From IMG/VR virus record IMGVR_UViG_3300017766_003100, positions 32,001-96,000 of that record: DNA of 64,000 nt. One strand, written 5' to 3'. The notes beneath the pieces are model-generated. The model was not told the origin of the DNA. It saw only the letters and a program-made list of their open reading frames with translations, and ran no database searches. Each line of letters opens with the position of its first letter. Position 1 is the first letter of the stretch. The position numbers and the translations under genes were made by a program. This stretch comes from a virus (lineage: Duplodnaviria > Caudoviricetes). This document shows positions 55,376-64,000 of this stretch, piece by piece.

Positions 55376-56496
55376 TAGATTACATATATTTGTCTTGGCA
55401 TAGCTTGGAATTTCTTTACCTTGTTTAGATTTTCAGCAATTAAAGCTTCTCTTTCCATTACCTTTTCAGGTCTTAATCTACTTAGTCTACCTTCGGTACC
55501 AATTAATTCTTCAACTAATTTAGTTTTTTCATCCTTACCTTCAGTGGCTAAAGATTGATAATCCATTGTAAGTTCACTATCTGGTGTTTTAATGTTACCA
55601 CTAAACTTACCTCTAACTTTAGATAAGGTTTCTTTGGCTGTAGCAAAAAACCATTTACGTACCCAAATTTGTGCGGGGTTATTTAAATCAACCCAACTTA
55701 TTTTATCAAAAGGAACATCAGAAGGTAATTTAATAATATCAGGATTCTTTTTTAAACAATCATCTCTGTCAGCACCATCAACTTCATAATACCAATACCA
55801 TACTCTCCCTTTCATAAGTGTATTGTTACCAAAGTCAAACTTACCACCAGGTGTTTGCATTAAGTGAACGGCTTTTTTACCATCAGGTAATGCTGTTACA
55901 CGATAAGTCAAATCCCCCGCAATAATTCTTCTTTGGATATTAATTTCTTGCATTCTTAATAACATATCAAATGCTGGCATCATAAAGTATGAACCAGTAT
56001 AACCCATTTGTGAATAACCTGCAGGACCACCTAAACCCGCACCACCCAAAGCACCAAAACTCCAAGGGTCAAATAATAAATTATTTAATTCACCAGGTGT
56101 AAACCATAAAAGTTCATTTAATTCTCTACCCGCAGGTATTTCATATATTTGTTGGCCAGGTACAAGTTGTATGTAATCTTTTTTCATCACATTATCACCA
56201 CCTGCTTGTAAACCAACTATTTTAGAATAGGCATAAGAATATCGGTCTTCAAAATCAAAACTTTTGGTAATGAATGCTTTGGCTAAAGATTGGGTGTCTA
56301 AATTAAGACCATATAATGAAGTCCATTGTGATTCAATTAACCAATCTTGTATATATTGAGAATAATCCTCAATAGATAATTCTAATAAAGAGTCTAACAT
56401 TTCATCTTCCAATTCTATACTTCTTAGAGGAGCACCTAATAGGTGTCTTAATTTGGTATATAGTTTGGTTCTTTCTGGTTCGGCAATTATTGACAT
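55375..56496 (-). CDS. Neck/head-completion protein (T4 gp13-like)
   Basis: KLRHLLGAP..SIELEDE N-terminus; WVRKWFFA.AKE.L.KVRGKF. Confidence 0.75.
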   Translation of the reverse strand: MSIIAEPERTKLYTKLRHLLGAPLRSIELEDEMLDSLLELSIEDYSQYIQDWLIESQWTSLYGLNLDTQSLAKAFITKSFDFEDRYSYAYSKIVGLQAGGDNVMKKDYIQLVPGQQIYEIPAGRELNELLWFTPGELNNLLFDPWSFGALGGAGLGGPAGYSQMGYTGSYFMMPAFDMLLRMQEINIQRRIIAGDLTYRVTALPDGKKAVHLMQTPGGKFDFGNNTLMKGRVWYWYYEVDGADRDDCLKKNPDIIKLPSDVPFDKISWVDLNNPAQIWVRKWFFATAKETLSKVRGKFSGNIKTPDSELTMDYQSLATEGKDEKTKLVEELIGTEGRLSRLRPEKVMEREALIAENLNKVKKFQAMPRQIYVI

Positions 56497-56510
56497 AATT
56501 AGTTTTTAAT

Positions 56511-56520
56511 TATAAATATC
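56511..56520 (-). promoter_or_regulatory. RTATTTAT putative late-promoter motif
   Basis: GATATTTATA on the minus strand 14 nt upstream of ATG 56496. Confidence 0.6.
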
Positions 56521-59248
56521 ACCAACAATCAATCTCTTTAAAATCATCCACTTTAATAGGTTCAGTATTCAATTGAAGTTCATTAGTGTTTCTATCATAG
56601 ATGTATGATATTGCATTTTTGTCAATAATTTTAAAACGAATACTTAATCGACTTTCACTACAAGTTTTTTGTCCTTTGTTTGACCAATAAAGTTTAATAT
56701 GTTGGATTGGCACTACAACATTATTTTCAAAGAAAATACCTGCAATATTATTTCTAATTTTTTCTAAGAAACTTATAGCTATAGGATGGTCAAAAAGTTC
56801 AAGGTGTAAATAATTGATTATTTGATTATATACATCTAAGTGAGTTTCCTTAATTTTTTTAATTATTTTACTTCGTTTGAAAATTGAGAAGAATTCTGAA
56901 AGATAACTATCAACATTAGTATTCATCATTTTTACTTCAAATTTGTCACCCTTTTTGAAGATTACTTTGTCATTATAATAAAAATCTGACTTAGCAATTA
57001 AATCCGCTTTAATTGGATTTGTTTGTTTCATATTGTTAGTGATACATTTAACTAAATCATTTATAACTTCATCCAAACCTTTTTGACCACTTTTAACCAT
57101 TTCAACAACTTCAGCAAAATTACGTCTTTCAAACTTGTCACAAGTATATTTTAATTCTAATGACGTTTTAAATTCACCCATATAATCACCCTCCAAACTT
57201 GTTTCATAATTTGAATAAGCCTTTTCTCTAACTTGACTTAAAAAATTATCAAGGTTTTCAGTTTTAATATCAGATTTATTTTTTAATCTTTTCAATCTAA
57301 TTTCAGTTTCAGTATTATCAAATGTTGGGTCTGTTATAAATTTGGCAATAGTTTTGATAAAATTACCAGGTAAATCATTTTTTAATGCTAATTCTAATAT
57401 TTTATAAACTATACCCCTACCAAAGACTATGTGTCTAACTTGTCCTTTATCTTTTAATCTTGTGGACATTTGTGGATAATAAAAATTAATTATTGTATCT
57501 GCAGCTTTTATTATTTCTTCTTTTTCTTCACCTTCAATACTATCAATTACTCGTTGGAAATGACAATAGATATTATCAACTTTTTTGAAATTACATAGTT
57601 GTTCAATTAAATTTTCTTCTTTTTGAAAGATAATTGCTTCTATAAGTTTTTTTTGTTCTTCAGTTATTATTATTTTTTTAAGTTTTGATTCCGTAATTAA
57701 TTTGTTTAATCTTAAACTTGGGGATTTAAACTTAATTTTTTCAGTTTTAAAAATATAAGAATATCTTTGTAAAGATTGAGTTCCTTCATCTTTAATTTCA
57801 ATATTATCAAAATCAAAGAATATGTAGTTATCTTCATTATCAATGAAAGCAAATATTTGAATATTTTCAGGTTTATATTTGTTTTTACTTTTAAAAATAT
57901 AATTTAATTTACCATCCATTTCTTCTTCAAATAAATCTTTTGTTGGTTTCACTTGAATATTTTTGGACACCCCATTTTTGGTTACCATCATATCTTGTCC
58001 ATTGTATTTGTCTCTAATATCACCATCACAATATCTTAATACATCTAAATTTTTATATTTAGAGTTTAAAAGTTTAACGGCCAAATTTTCACGTTCAGAA
58101 CCTTGGTCTAATGTCCCTTTTTTGGTTTGAGGATTCATTATTACGTCTGCTAAAGTTTTTGTAAATTTACCCTCGTCACCAAATAAAACATTTTTCATTC
58201 GGTTCATCCAAACGCCAAAATCCAAATTATCCCTATTGTATTTTTCAAAAAACTCCAATATTTTTTTACTAACAATAACATTTGCATCAAACCAATTTAC
58301 TACTGACCATTCACCAACACCACCTCTTTGACTTACAGCATATTTCCCACCAATTACACCATAGTTAGTTTTACAATCATTTGTATCAATTTTACCATAA
58401 CAGGGAGATTCAATATGATTGTTAGCTGAATAATTTTTAATAATTTCAGGAGAACATTTTGGGTATACTTTTGATAACATTTCTTGAATAAACTTATAGT
58501 TAACCCTTCCGTTTGGTAATAAAGGTTCAGTTTGTTCAGTTATAACTTTTTTAGAAGTTATTGATTCTTTTAGTTTTGTTTTTAGTTTTGATAAATAAAC
58601 ATCATTAACGAATTCCCAATTCACAACATCCCAAAACCTTTTAATATATTCATCTCTTTTACTTTGATATTTCAAATAATAGGCGTGTTCCCATAAATCC
58701 AATCCCAATAAAGGATAACCACCATCAATATCATTCATTTGAGGATTGTCTTGATTTGGGGTTGTCATAATTTTCAGTCTATTGTTTTTGGTTAATACCA
58801 ACCAAGCCCAACCTGACCCAAATCTTCCAATAGATTCTTCTTCAAATTTTTTCTTAAATTCTTTGTAAGAACCAAATTCTTTATTTATTTTGGTTAATAT
58901 TTCTCCTTTGATTGTTTGTTTCTCAGGAGATAACATTTTCCAAAATAATGAGTGGTTGTAAGCACCGCCACCATTATTTCTAATTACTTTTGGATATCTT
59001 GTAATTGATTTAATTATATCTTCCAATTCAACATTACCATAATTCTTTTTTGATAAGGCATCGTTAAGTTTCTTAACATATCCTTTATAGTGGTTGTTAT
59101 AATGAACATTCATTGTTTTTACATCAATGAATCTTGTAAGGGAATCATAACCATATGGTAATTTATCAATACCAATCTTTTTGGCTTCAGTTATTAAACT
59201 TTCACCTAATAATATAGTTTCTTTTAATAGTTCTAATTTCTTTTCCAT
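56519..59248 (-). CDS. sod: Fe/Mn superoxide dismutase fused to two putative PD-(D/E)XK-like domains (909 aa)
   Basis: LPYGY..L...HYNNHY...NNGGGAYNHSLFW...FGSGWAWL...NQDNP...LDLWEHAYY; later E..A...D...GQD...IQVK and KADL...FEVK motifs. Confidence 0.85.
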   Translation of the reverse strand: MEKKLELLKETILLGESLITEAKKIGIDKLPYGYDSLTRFIDVKTMNVHYNNHYKGYVKKLNDALSKKNYGNVELEDIIKSITRYPKVIRNNGGGAYNHSLFWKMLSPEKQTIKGEILTKINKEFGSYKEFKKKFEEESIGRFGSGWAWLVLTKNNRLKIMTTPNQDNPQMNDIDGGYPLLGLDLWEHAYYLKYQSKRDEYIKRFWDVVNWEFVNDVYLSKLKTKLKESITSKKVITEQTEPLLPNGRVNYKFIQEMLSKVYPKCSPEIIKNYSANNHIESPCYGKIDTNDCKTNYGVIGGKYAVSQRGGVGEWSVVNWFDANVIVSKKILEFFEKYNRDNLDFGVWMNRMKNVLFGDEGKFTKTLADVIMNPQTKKGTLDQGSERENLAVKLLNSKYKNLDVLRYCDGDIRDKYNGQDMMVTKNGVSKNIQVKPTKDLFEEEMDGKLNYIFKSKNKYKPENIQIFAFIDNEDNYIFFDFDNIEIKDEGTQSLQRYSYIFKTEKIKFKSPSLRLNKLITESKLKKIIITEEQKKLIEAIIFQKEENLIEQLCNFKKVDNIYCHFQRVIDSIEGEEKEEIIKAADTIINFYYPQMSTRLKDKGQVRHIVFGRGIVYKILELALKNDLPGNFIKTIAKFITDPTFDNTETEIRLKRLKNKSDIKTENLDNFLSQVREKAYSNYETSLEGDYMGEFKTSLELKYTCDKFERRNFAEVVEMVKSGQKGLDEVINDLVKCITNNMKQTNPIKADLIAKSDFYYNDKVIFKKGDKFEVKMMNTNVDSYLSEFFSIFKRSKIIKKIKETHLDVYNQIINYLHLELFDHPIAISFLEKIRNNIAGIFFENNVVVPIQHIKLYWSNKGQKTCSESRLSIRFKIIDKNAISYIYDRNTNELQLNTEPIKVDDFKEIDCW

Positions 59249-59252
59249 AAAA

Positions 59253-59262
59253 TATAAATATC
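59253..59262 (-). promoter_or_regulatory. RTATTTAT putative late-promoter motif
   Basis: GATATTTATA on the minus strand 4 nt upstream of ATG 59248. Confidence 0.55.
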
Positions 59263-59362
59263 TTCTAAAAAATAAGTTTTAAATTGTATTTTTATTAATT
59301 TTGTGAACCAAAGTATAACTTTATAAGTTAATTATATTATTTCATCAAAAAATTAAAAAGTT

Positions 59363-59764
59363 ATGTCCCACAATATTGAAAATGGAGTTAAATCCAACAA
59401 TGGATTAAATACTGAGAAAAAATTTTCAGATTTAACAAATCTAAAAAAGACTTCAAATAATGAAAAACCTAAATTTATTAACTCGTATGGTAATGAACAA
59501 ATTATTGATTTTGATTTTCATACTACAAAAAATGATGTAAAAATATTCATTGATGTTTGTAGTACATTTAGAAGTGATAGAGCAAAACAAAAAGGTTATA
59601 ATGCTTTACTATATAAAATGTTTATTAGTACTAATTGTAAGTTCTATATTGGTGTGGGTTCATTAGTTGAAAATGGTTCTATTGTAAATCCAAAGAACAT
59701 AGAAGGTATTGATGGAATATATCATATTGATGAATTATCCAAATTGATTAATGAACATTATTAA
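59363..59764 (+). CDS. Small PD-(D/E)XK-like endonuclease (133 aa)
   Basis: G..TEKK...IDF...IFIDVCSTFRSDRAKQ resembles type II restriction-enzyme catalytic cores. Confidence 0.5.
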   Translation: MSHNIENGVKSNNGLNTEKKFSDLTNLKKTSNNEKPKFINSYGNEQIIDFDFHTTKNDVKIFIDVCSTFRSDRAKQKGYNALLYKMFISTNCKFYIGVGSLVENGSIVNPKNIEGIDGIYHIDELSKLINEHY

Positions 59765-61514
59765 TCCTATTCATAATTTGTTCAATGAATTCAGCCTTAT
59801 CCAAATTGTCACCCATCACAGTGTCAATGATATTCTTTTTATTGATTAACATATCATAGATAACACCTTCAATTGTATTTTCAAATATGGGATAATAAAC
59901 TGAAACACAATTTTTTTGACCATATCTATAAGCTCTATCTTCCGCTTGTTGGTGATGTGCGGGAACAAAAGATAAGTCATTAAACAATACAACCTCACCA
60001 GCAGTTAATGTAATACCAACACCTGCGGCTTGAACATTTCCAACGAATACTTTTATTTTATCGTTTTCTTGGAATTGGTCAACCGAATATTGTCTTTGAG
60101 TTTTACTACAAGTCCCATCCAAATAAACCGATTGTTTTCCAAAATGGGAATGTATTTTTTGTAAACTATCTGTAAAGTTCGTAAATACAATTACCTTTTT
60201 ACCTTGTTCCAATATATTCTCAATTAAACCAATTGTCTCCTGAACTTTCTCATCAGCAATAACTTGTCTTACTTTCATAAGTTTATTGAATTGCACAGTT
60301 AATGACTTTGATTCTTCAGGATGTTTATTATACCACTCATAATATTCCCCCATCAATTCTTCATATTGTTTTGATTTTAATCTCAAATAGATTGGGGTAA
60401 TAATTTTTTCAGGTAAATCTAATACATCAGTTTTTAATCTTCTCAATACTTGTCTTGATGTTCTATCTCTTAACTCTTCCAAGTTGGATGCACCATTAAC
60501 ATTCCAAACTTTTCTATTCCCAGCTTTAAATTGATAACCTTGACAATAACGTATAACATAAGCCATCCAATTTTGAGCAACAGGACTTTCAATTAGATTC
60601 AATAAGTTATAATAATTAATTGGTCTATTTGTCATTGGTGTACCAGTTAACAGCCAAAGATATTTTGATTTCTTTACAAAATCATTTATTAGTTTTGTTC
60701 TTGCTGCTTGGGGATTGGAAATATAATGAGCTTCATCAATTATAACCAAATCAAAATTAGCTTTTGCTATTGGTGAATTCTCTTTATTCTTTAAATCATA
60801 AAAGTTTTTAAGGATATCATAATTCACAATAACAAAGTCGTGGTCAGTAGAAAAATTCTTTCCCTCCGATATATAAACACTTCTATCTGTATAATTCCTA
60901 ATTTCTCTTTCCCAATTTATTTTAAGTGATGCTGGACAGATAATTAATATTTTCTTGATATCAGTTTCAAGTGCCGCGATGATTGTACTCGTGGTCTTCC
61001 CCAGTCCCATATCGTCAGCTAAAATAAATCTTTTACTACCAACCAATTTTTCTATTGCAATTTTTTGGTGTTCAAGTGGTGGTCTATGACCATACTTTGA
61101 ATAATCAATCTTAACTTCCTCTGTGTTGTGAGTTTTTAATAATGCGGCCTTGGGTAACCAAATATCAGTTAAAGTGTCACCTGAGTTAAATCTACCCCAA
61201 ATATGATATGATTTATCTTTATCCACCAATAACTTTTCAACCCAAATATCAGTTGGGATTGTTAACATATTTTTTTCATCCGCGATTTTATTTGCAAAAT
61301 AGGGTTCAATATTAACCCACTTCTTGGCAACCTTTGGTTCAACTGAATGATAGTTAATTATATATTCAGCTTGGGAACGAGTGGGATAGAATTTCTTATT
61401 GGTTTCTTTATGATTTTTTAGTTTTAAAATAAAGTTATTTCCACCTGAATATGTGTCCAAAATATCAAGTGCTTTAGATTCAATAAGATTAGATGTTTTA
61501 CCTGTTAAACTCAA
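59748..61514 (-). CDS. SNF2-family (SWI/SNF, HARP-like) helicase/ATPase
   Basis: ILADDMGLGKT, IICPASLKINW, IIDEAH, LTGTP..NRP, QAEDRAYRYGQ; TTG start. Confidence 0.92.
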   Translation of the reverse strand: MSLTGKTSNLIESKALDILDTYSGGNNFILKLKNHKETNKKFYPTRSQAEYIINYHSVEPKVAKKWVNIEPYFANKIADEKNMLTIPTDIWVEKLLVDKDKSYHIWGRFNSGDTLTDIWLPKAALLKTHNTEEVKIDYSKYGHRPPLEHQKIAIEKLVGSKRFILADDMGLGKTTSTIIAALETDIKKILIICPASLKINWEREIRNYTDRSVYISEGKNFSTDHDFVIVNYDILKNFYDLKNKENSPIAKANFDLVIIDEAHYISNPQAARTKLINDFVKKSKYLWLLTGTPMTNRPINYYNLLNLIESPVAQNWMAYVIRYCQGYQFKAGNRKVWNVNGASNLEELRDRTSRQVLRRLKTDVLDLPEKIITPIYLRLKSKQYEELMGEYYEWYNKHPEESKSLTVQFNKLMKVRQVIADEKVQETIGLIENILEQGKKVIVFTNFTDSLQKIHSHFGKQSVYLDGTCSKTQRQYSVDQFQENDKIKVFVGNVQAAGVGITLTAGEVVLFNDLSFVPAHHQQAEDRAYRYGQKNCVSVYYPIFENTIEGVIYDMLINKKNIIDTVMGDNLDKAEFIEQIMNRINNVH

Positions 61515-61561
61515 AGTAAATTTTTAACATAAAAATAGTTGATATCTTAATATTTATCAAT

Positions 61562-62080
61562 ATGACAAATAAAATACCTATAACAAGGATTGGTAAATTC
61601 TTTGATGCTAATGATTATCAATTGGATATATCAATGGGTGAGGAATGGTTATATGGGGATATGAACTTCACCATTGTATTATATCGTATAGATAGAATGA
61701 AAACAAAGACTGACGATGTATATGGTGAAGCATTAAAAGATGGAATTAAATTTCTACCCCCAATTGAATTGAAAGGATATGTTCAAATATCTGCACCTGA
61801 GAATAAAATGATTGCTGGTAACAAACCTGGTATTAACCAAACTGAACCTGGTAATATGAGATTTTCAATTTATCAAAAACAATTGGATGAATTGGGAATT
61901 GATATTAATTTTGGGGATTATTTGGGTTATAACGAAACTGAGAACAGAATTAGATATTATGTTGTAAATAATGATGGGAGGGTTGTTTCGGACAATAAAC
62001 ATAACTATGCTGGTTATAAACCATATTATAGAACAATAACAGCTTCGGCAGTTATAGATAATGAATTTAGAGGATTGTAA
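61562..62080 (+). CDS. Neck/head-tail connector protein (T4 gp14-like)
   Basis: LYRID...DDVYGE...F..PIEL.GY...GDY; upstream of tail-completion and sheath genes; ATATTTAT at 61550-61557. Confidence 0.6.
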   Translation: MTNKIPITRIGKFFDANDYQLDISMGEEWLYGDMNFTIVLYRIDRMKTKTDDVYGEALKDGIKFLPPIELKGYVQISAPENKMIAGNKPGINQTEPGNMRFSIYQKQLDELGIDINFGDYLGYNETENRIRYYVVNNDGRVVSDNKHNYAGYKPYYRTITASAVIDNEFRGL

Positions 62081-62082
62081 TT

Positions 62083-63120
62083 ATGCCACTACCAAAGAAA
62101 ATAAAAAAAGATATACCATTAACTGAGTCAAAGATTCTTTTAGAAAGGAGAAAAGAATTGGTTGATAAGATTAACAAAGATGGTACTTATTTACCCAAAT
62201 CTTTATTACACGCAGATTTGGATGGTGGTTTTTTGGATTTTGTTAAGAATGAATTAAAGACTATTGTTGATGGTAAAGTTATACCAACAATTGATATATT
62301 AATAACAACTCAAAATTGGGCACAATTTACTGAAACTTGGGATATTCAAAATATAGACAAAAATGTTGAACTTCCTTTTATATCAATTGTAAGAATTCCT
62401 GAAGTAAAGTATGGTACTAATCCCGCTGTTTTATATACAATACCAAACAGAAGATTATTTTTTTATGCTCAAGTCCCAACTTGGGATGGTAATAGAGTTG
62501 GTATGGACATATATAAAATACCACAACCTGTACCAATTGATATTACATTTCAAATAAAAATTGTATGTAATAGAATGAGAGAACTTAATGCTTTTAACAA
62601 AATAGTAATTGAGAAGTTTTCATCAAGACAAGCGTATACAGTTATAAAAGGACATTATATTCCAATTGTAATGGGTAATATTTCTGATGAATCTGTAATG
62701 GATATGGAAAAGAGGAAATATTATATTCAGAGTTATGAATTTACAATGTTGGGATTTTTAATTGATGAAAATGAATTTGAAGTAAGTCCTGCAATAAATA
62801 GAGTTTTACAAGTTTATGAAGTTGATACAAGAACAATTAAAAGAGGTGTAAAAAAAGAATTACCTAATAACAAAATTGAATTAGACGCATTGTTTAAATT
62901 AGGTATTACCACAATATCTGAAAAGTTTGATTATACAACGAATATTACTATAGACACAACAACTAATGTTGATAGTTATGATGTTTTCATAAATAACGAT
63001 TATTATGGTACTAGTGTGAATTCAATACAATTGAATGATGGGGATATTCTTAAATTTGAAATAATTAAAAATGACAACTCATTAGAAAGTAATATAAAAC
63101 TGATAAGTCAGGTTATCTAG
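62083..63120 (+). CDS. Tail completion/terminator protein (T4 gp15-like)
   Basis: LPFISIVR...PQPVPIDITFQIKI...Y.F.MLGFL; position before tail sheath. Confidence 0.55.
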   Translation: MPLPKKIKKDIPLTESKILLERRKELVDKINKDGTYLPKSLLHADLDGGFLDFVKNELKTIVDGKVIPTIDILITTQNWAQFTETWDIQNIDKNVELPFISIVRIPEVKYGTNPAVLYTIPNRRLFFYAQVPTWDGNRVGMDIYKIPQPVPIDITFQIKIVCNRMRELNAFNKIVIEKFSSRQAYTVIKGHYIPIVMGNISDESVMDMEKRKYYIQSYEFTMLGFLIDENEFEVSPAINRVLQVYEVDTRTIKRGVKKELPNNKIELDALFKLGITTISEKFDYTTNITIDTTTNVDSYDVFINNDYYGTSVNSIQLNDGDILKFEIIKNDNSLESNIKLISQVI

Positions 63121-63281
63121 TTATCACCATAGATATCTTTTTTTTCTTTACACTTCTCAACAATTAGTCTTTCTAAAAAACGATACATTTTAATCCCGTT
63201 TTTGTCACAATATTTTTTTAGAATATCGTGAACCTCTAATGATATTTTAAGATTTTTTATTTTCTTTACACTTTTATCCAT
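63117..63281 (-). CDS. Ribbon-helix-helix DNA-binding protein, 54 aa (absent from ORF track)
   Basis: Manual translation MDKSVKKIKNLKISLEVHDILKKYCDKNGIKMYRFLERLIVEKCKEKKDIYGDN; strand-helix-G-helix pattern. Confidence 0.75.
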   Translation of the reverse strand: MDKSVKKIKNLKISLEVHDILKKYCDKNGIKMYRFLERLIVEKCKEKKDIYGDN

Positions 63282-63282
63282 A

Positions 63283-63309
63283 GTAGAAAAAAGGTAGAAT
63301 TTATTCTAC
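63283..63309. promoter_or_regulatory. Putative RHH operator: GTAGAA, GTAGAA, TTCTAC
   Basis: GTAGAA at 63283-88 and 63294-99, inverted copy TTCTAC at 63304-09, immediately upstream of the RHH start. Confidence 0.5.
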
Positions 63310-63359
63310 TCAATTTACATATACATATTACGAAGTAAAGTATTTTGCATTTTTGTTCA

Positions 63360-63367
63360 ATATTTAT
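63360..63367 (+). promoter_or_regulatory. RTATTTAT putative late-promoter motif
   Basis: ATATTTAT 30 nt upstream of tail-sheath ATG 63398. Confidence 0.6.
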
Positions 63368-63397
63368 GTATAAATAAATTATTAAACATAAAAAAAA

Positions 63398-64000
63398 ATG
63401 GCAAATACAAAAGTTTTCGTATCACCAGGTGTTTATACTTCCGAAGTTGATTTAAGTTTTGTATCACAAAGTGTTGGTGTCACAACATTGGGTATTGTAG
63501 GGGAAACATTAAAAGGTCCTGCATTTGAACCAATTTTCATCAGAAACTTTGATGAGTTTACAGCTTTTTTCGGTGGTACATCTCCTGAAAAATTTATTAA
63601 CACACAAATACCAAAATATGAGGCATCATATATTGCAAAGGCTTATTTGCAACAATCCAACCAATTATTTGTAACTAGAATATTGGGATTGTCAGGTTAT
63701 GATGCGGGTCCTTCTTGGTCTATAACTACTGTTGCAAACGTTGACCAATCTACGGTTGGTTTTGAATGTTCAAGTGCTACAACAGCAAATTGTGTTTCTC
63801 AATGTGTTGAGTATACAATTGTTGATTACACTATTGATTTTACTGGTTGTACAAACGACTCAAGTACAATATCATTTACATTCAATTCAAGTTCGGATAT
63901 TTTAACACCTGATTTTAATTCATCATACGAATTATTTAATGGAACAACATCAATTATTTCTAATGATTTAAAAAATCAAATTTCTCAAGTAATGAGTACT
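63398..64000 (+). CDS. Tail sheath protein (5' part; runs off the window; absent from ORF track)
   Basis: MANTKVFVSPGVYTSEVDLSFV...GIVGETLKGPAFEP..I.NFDEF..FFG...YL..SNQL.VTR; open to the window end. Confidence 0.9.
   Translation, partial: MANTKVFVSPGVYTSEVDLSFVSQSVGVTTLGIVGETLKGPAFEPIFIRNFDEFTAFFGGTSPEKFINTQIPKYEASYIAKAYLQQSNQLFVTRILGLSGYDAGPSWSITTVANVDQSTVGFECSSATTANCVSQCVEYTIVDYTIDFTGCTNDSSTISFTFNSSSDILTPDFNSSYELFNGTTSIISNDLKNQISQVMST

Noticed and set aside
419-55789. The many 60-150-aa opposite-strand or nested ORFs in the track (e.g. 419-625, 10346-10630, 16157-16600, 33446-33835, 45349-45723, 52104-52451)
   Set aside because: Fully overlap well-supported genes, lack upstream motifs and show shadow-frame composition
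1-64000. Stop-codon reassignment as in some large phages
   Set aside because: Standard-code ORFs tile the window densely and conserved genes are full length

Overview
This is a 64 kb, very AT-rich segment of a large contractile-tailed (myovirus-type, T4-like layout) bacteriophage read in the standard genetic code. The host is probably a Bacteroidota bacterium: signal peptides end in A/S|Q, one protein carries a T9SS-type C-terminal domain, leaders are A-rich without Shine-Dalgarno sites, and one TAnnTTTG element is present. The window holds virion genes (gp5/VgrG-like spike, gp13/gp14/gp15-like neck and tail-completion proteins, start of the tail sheath, several fibre/appendage proteins), a gp55-like sigma factor, family B DNA polymerase, SNF2 helicase, dUTPase, PhoH, a HAD nucleotidase, and two glycan-modification clusters (about 10 glycosyltransferase-like and 5 methyltransferase-like genes). 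Main leads: (1) a GT60-like polypeptide GlcNAc-transferase cluster beside virion genes carrying Pro/Thr (PTVT) mucin-like repeats, suggesting phage-encoded O-glycosylation of the virion; (2) an ORF-poor structured ~200-nt element with its own late-promoter motif and terminator (candidate ncRNA); (3) an Fe/Mn SOD fused to two nuclease-like domains, separated by the (I/L)-x-E motifs that also end the N-terminal leaders of several unrelated proteins (candidate capsid-packaged, protease-processed cargo); (4) a triplicated Gly-rich gene whose third copy is split at a T TTT TTA slippery site; (5) a phage-encoded T9SS cargo protein. No tRNA, rRNA, CRISPR array, integrase, transposase or reverse transcriptase was seen. 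All family calls come from manual motif recognition, not database searches.
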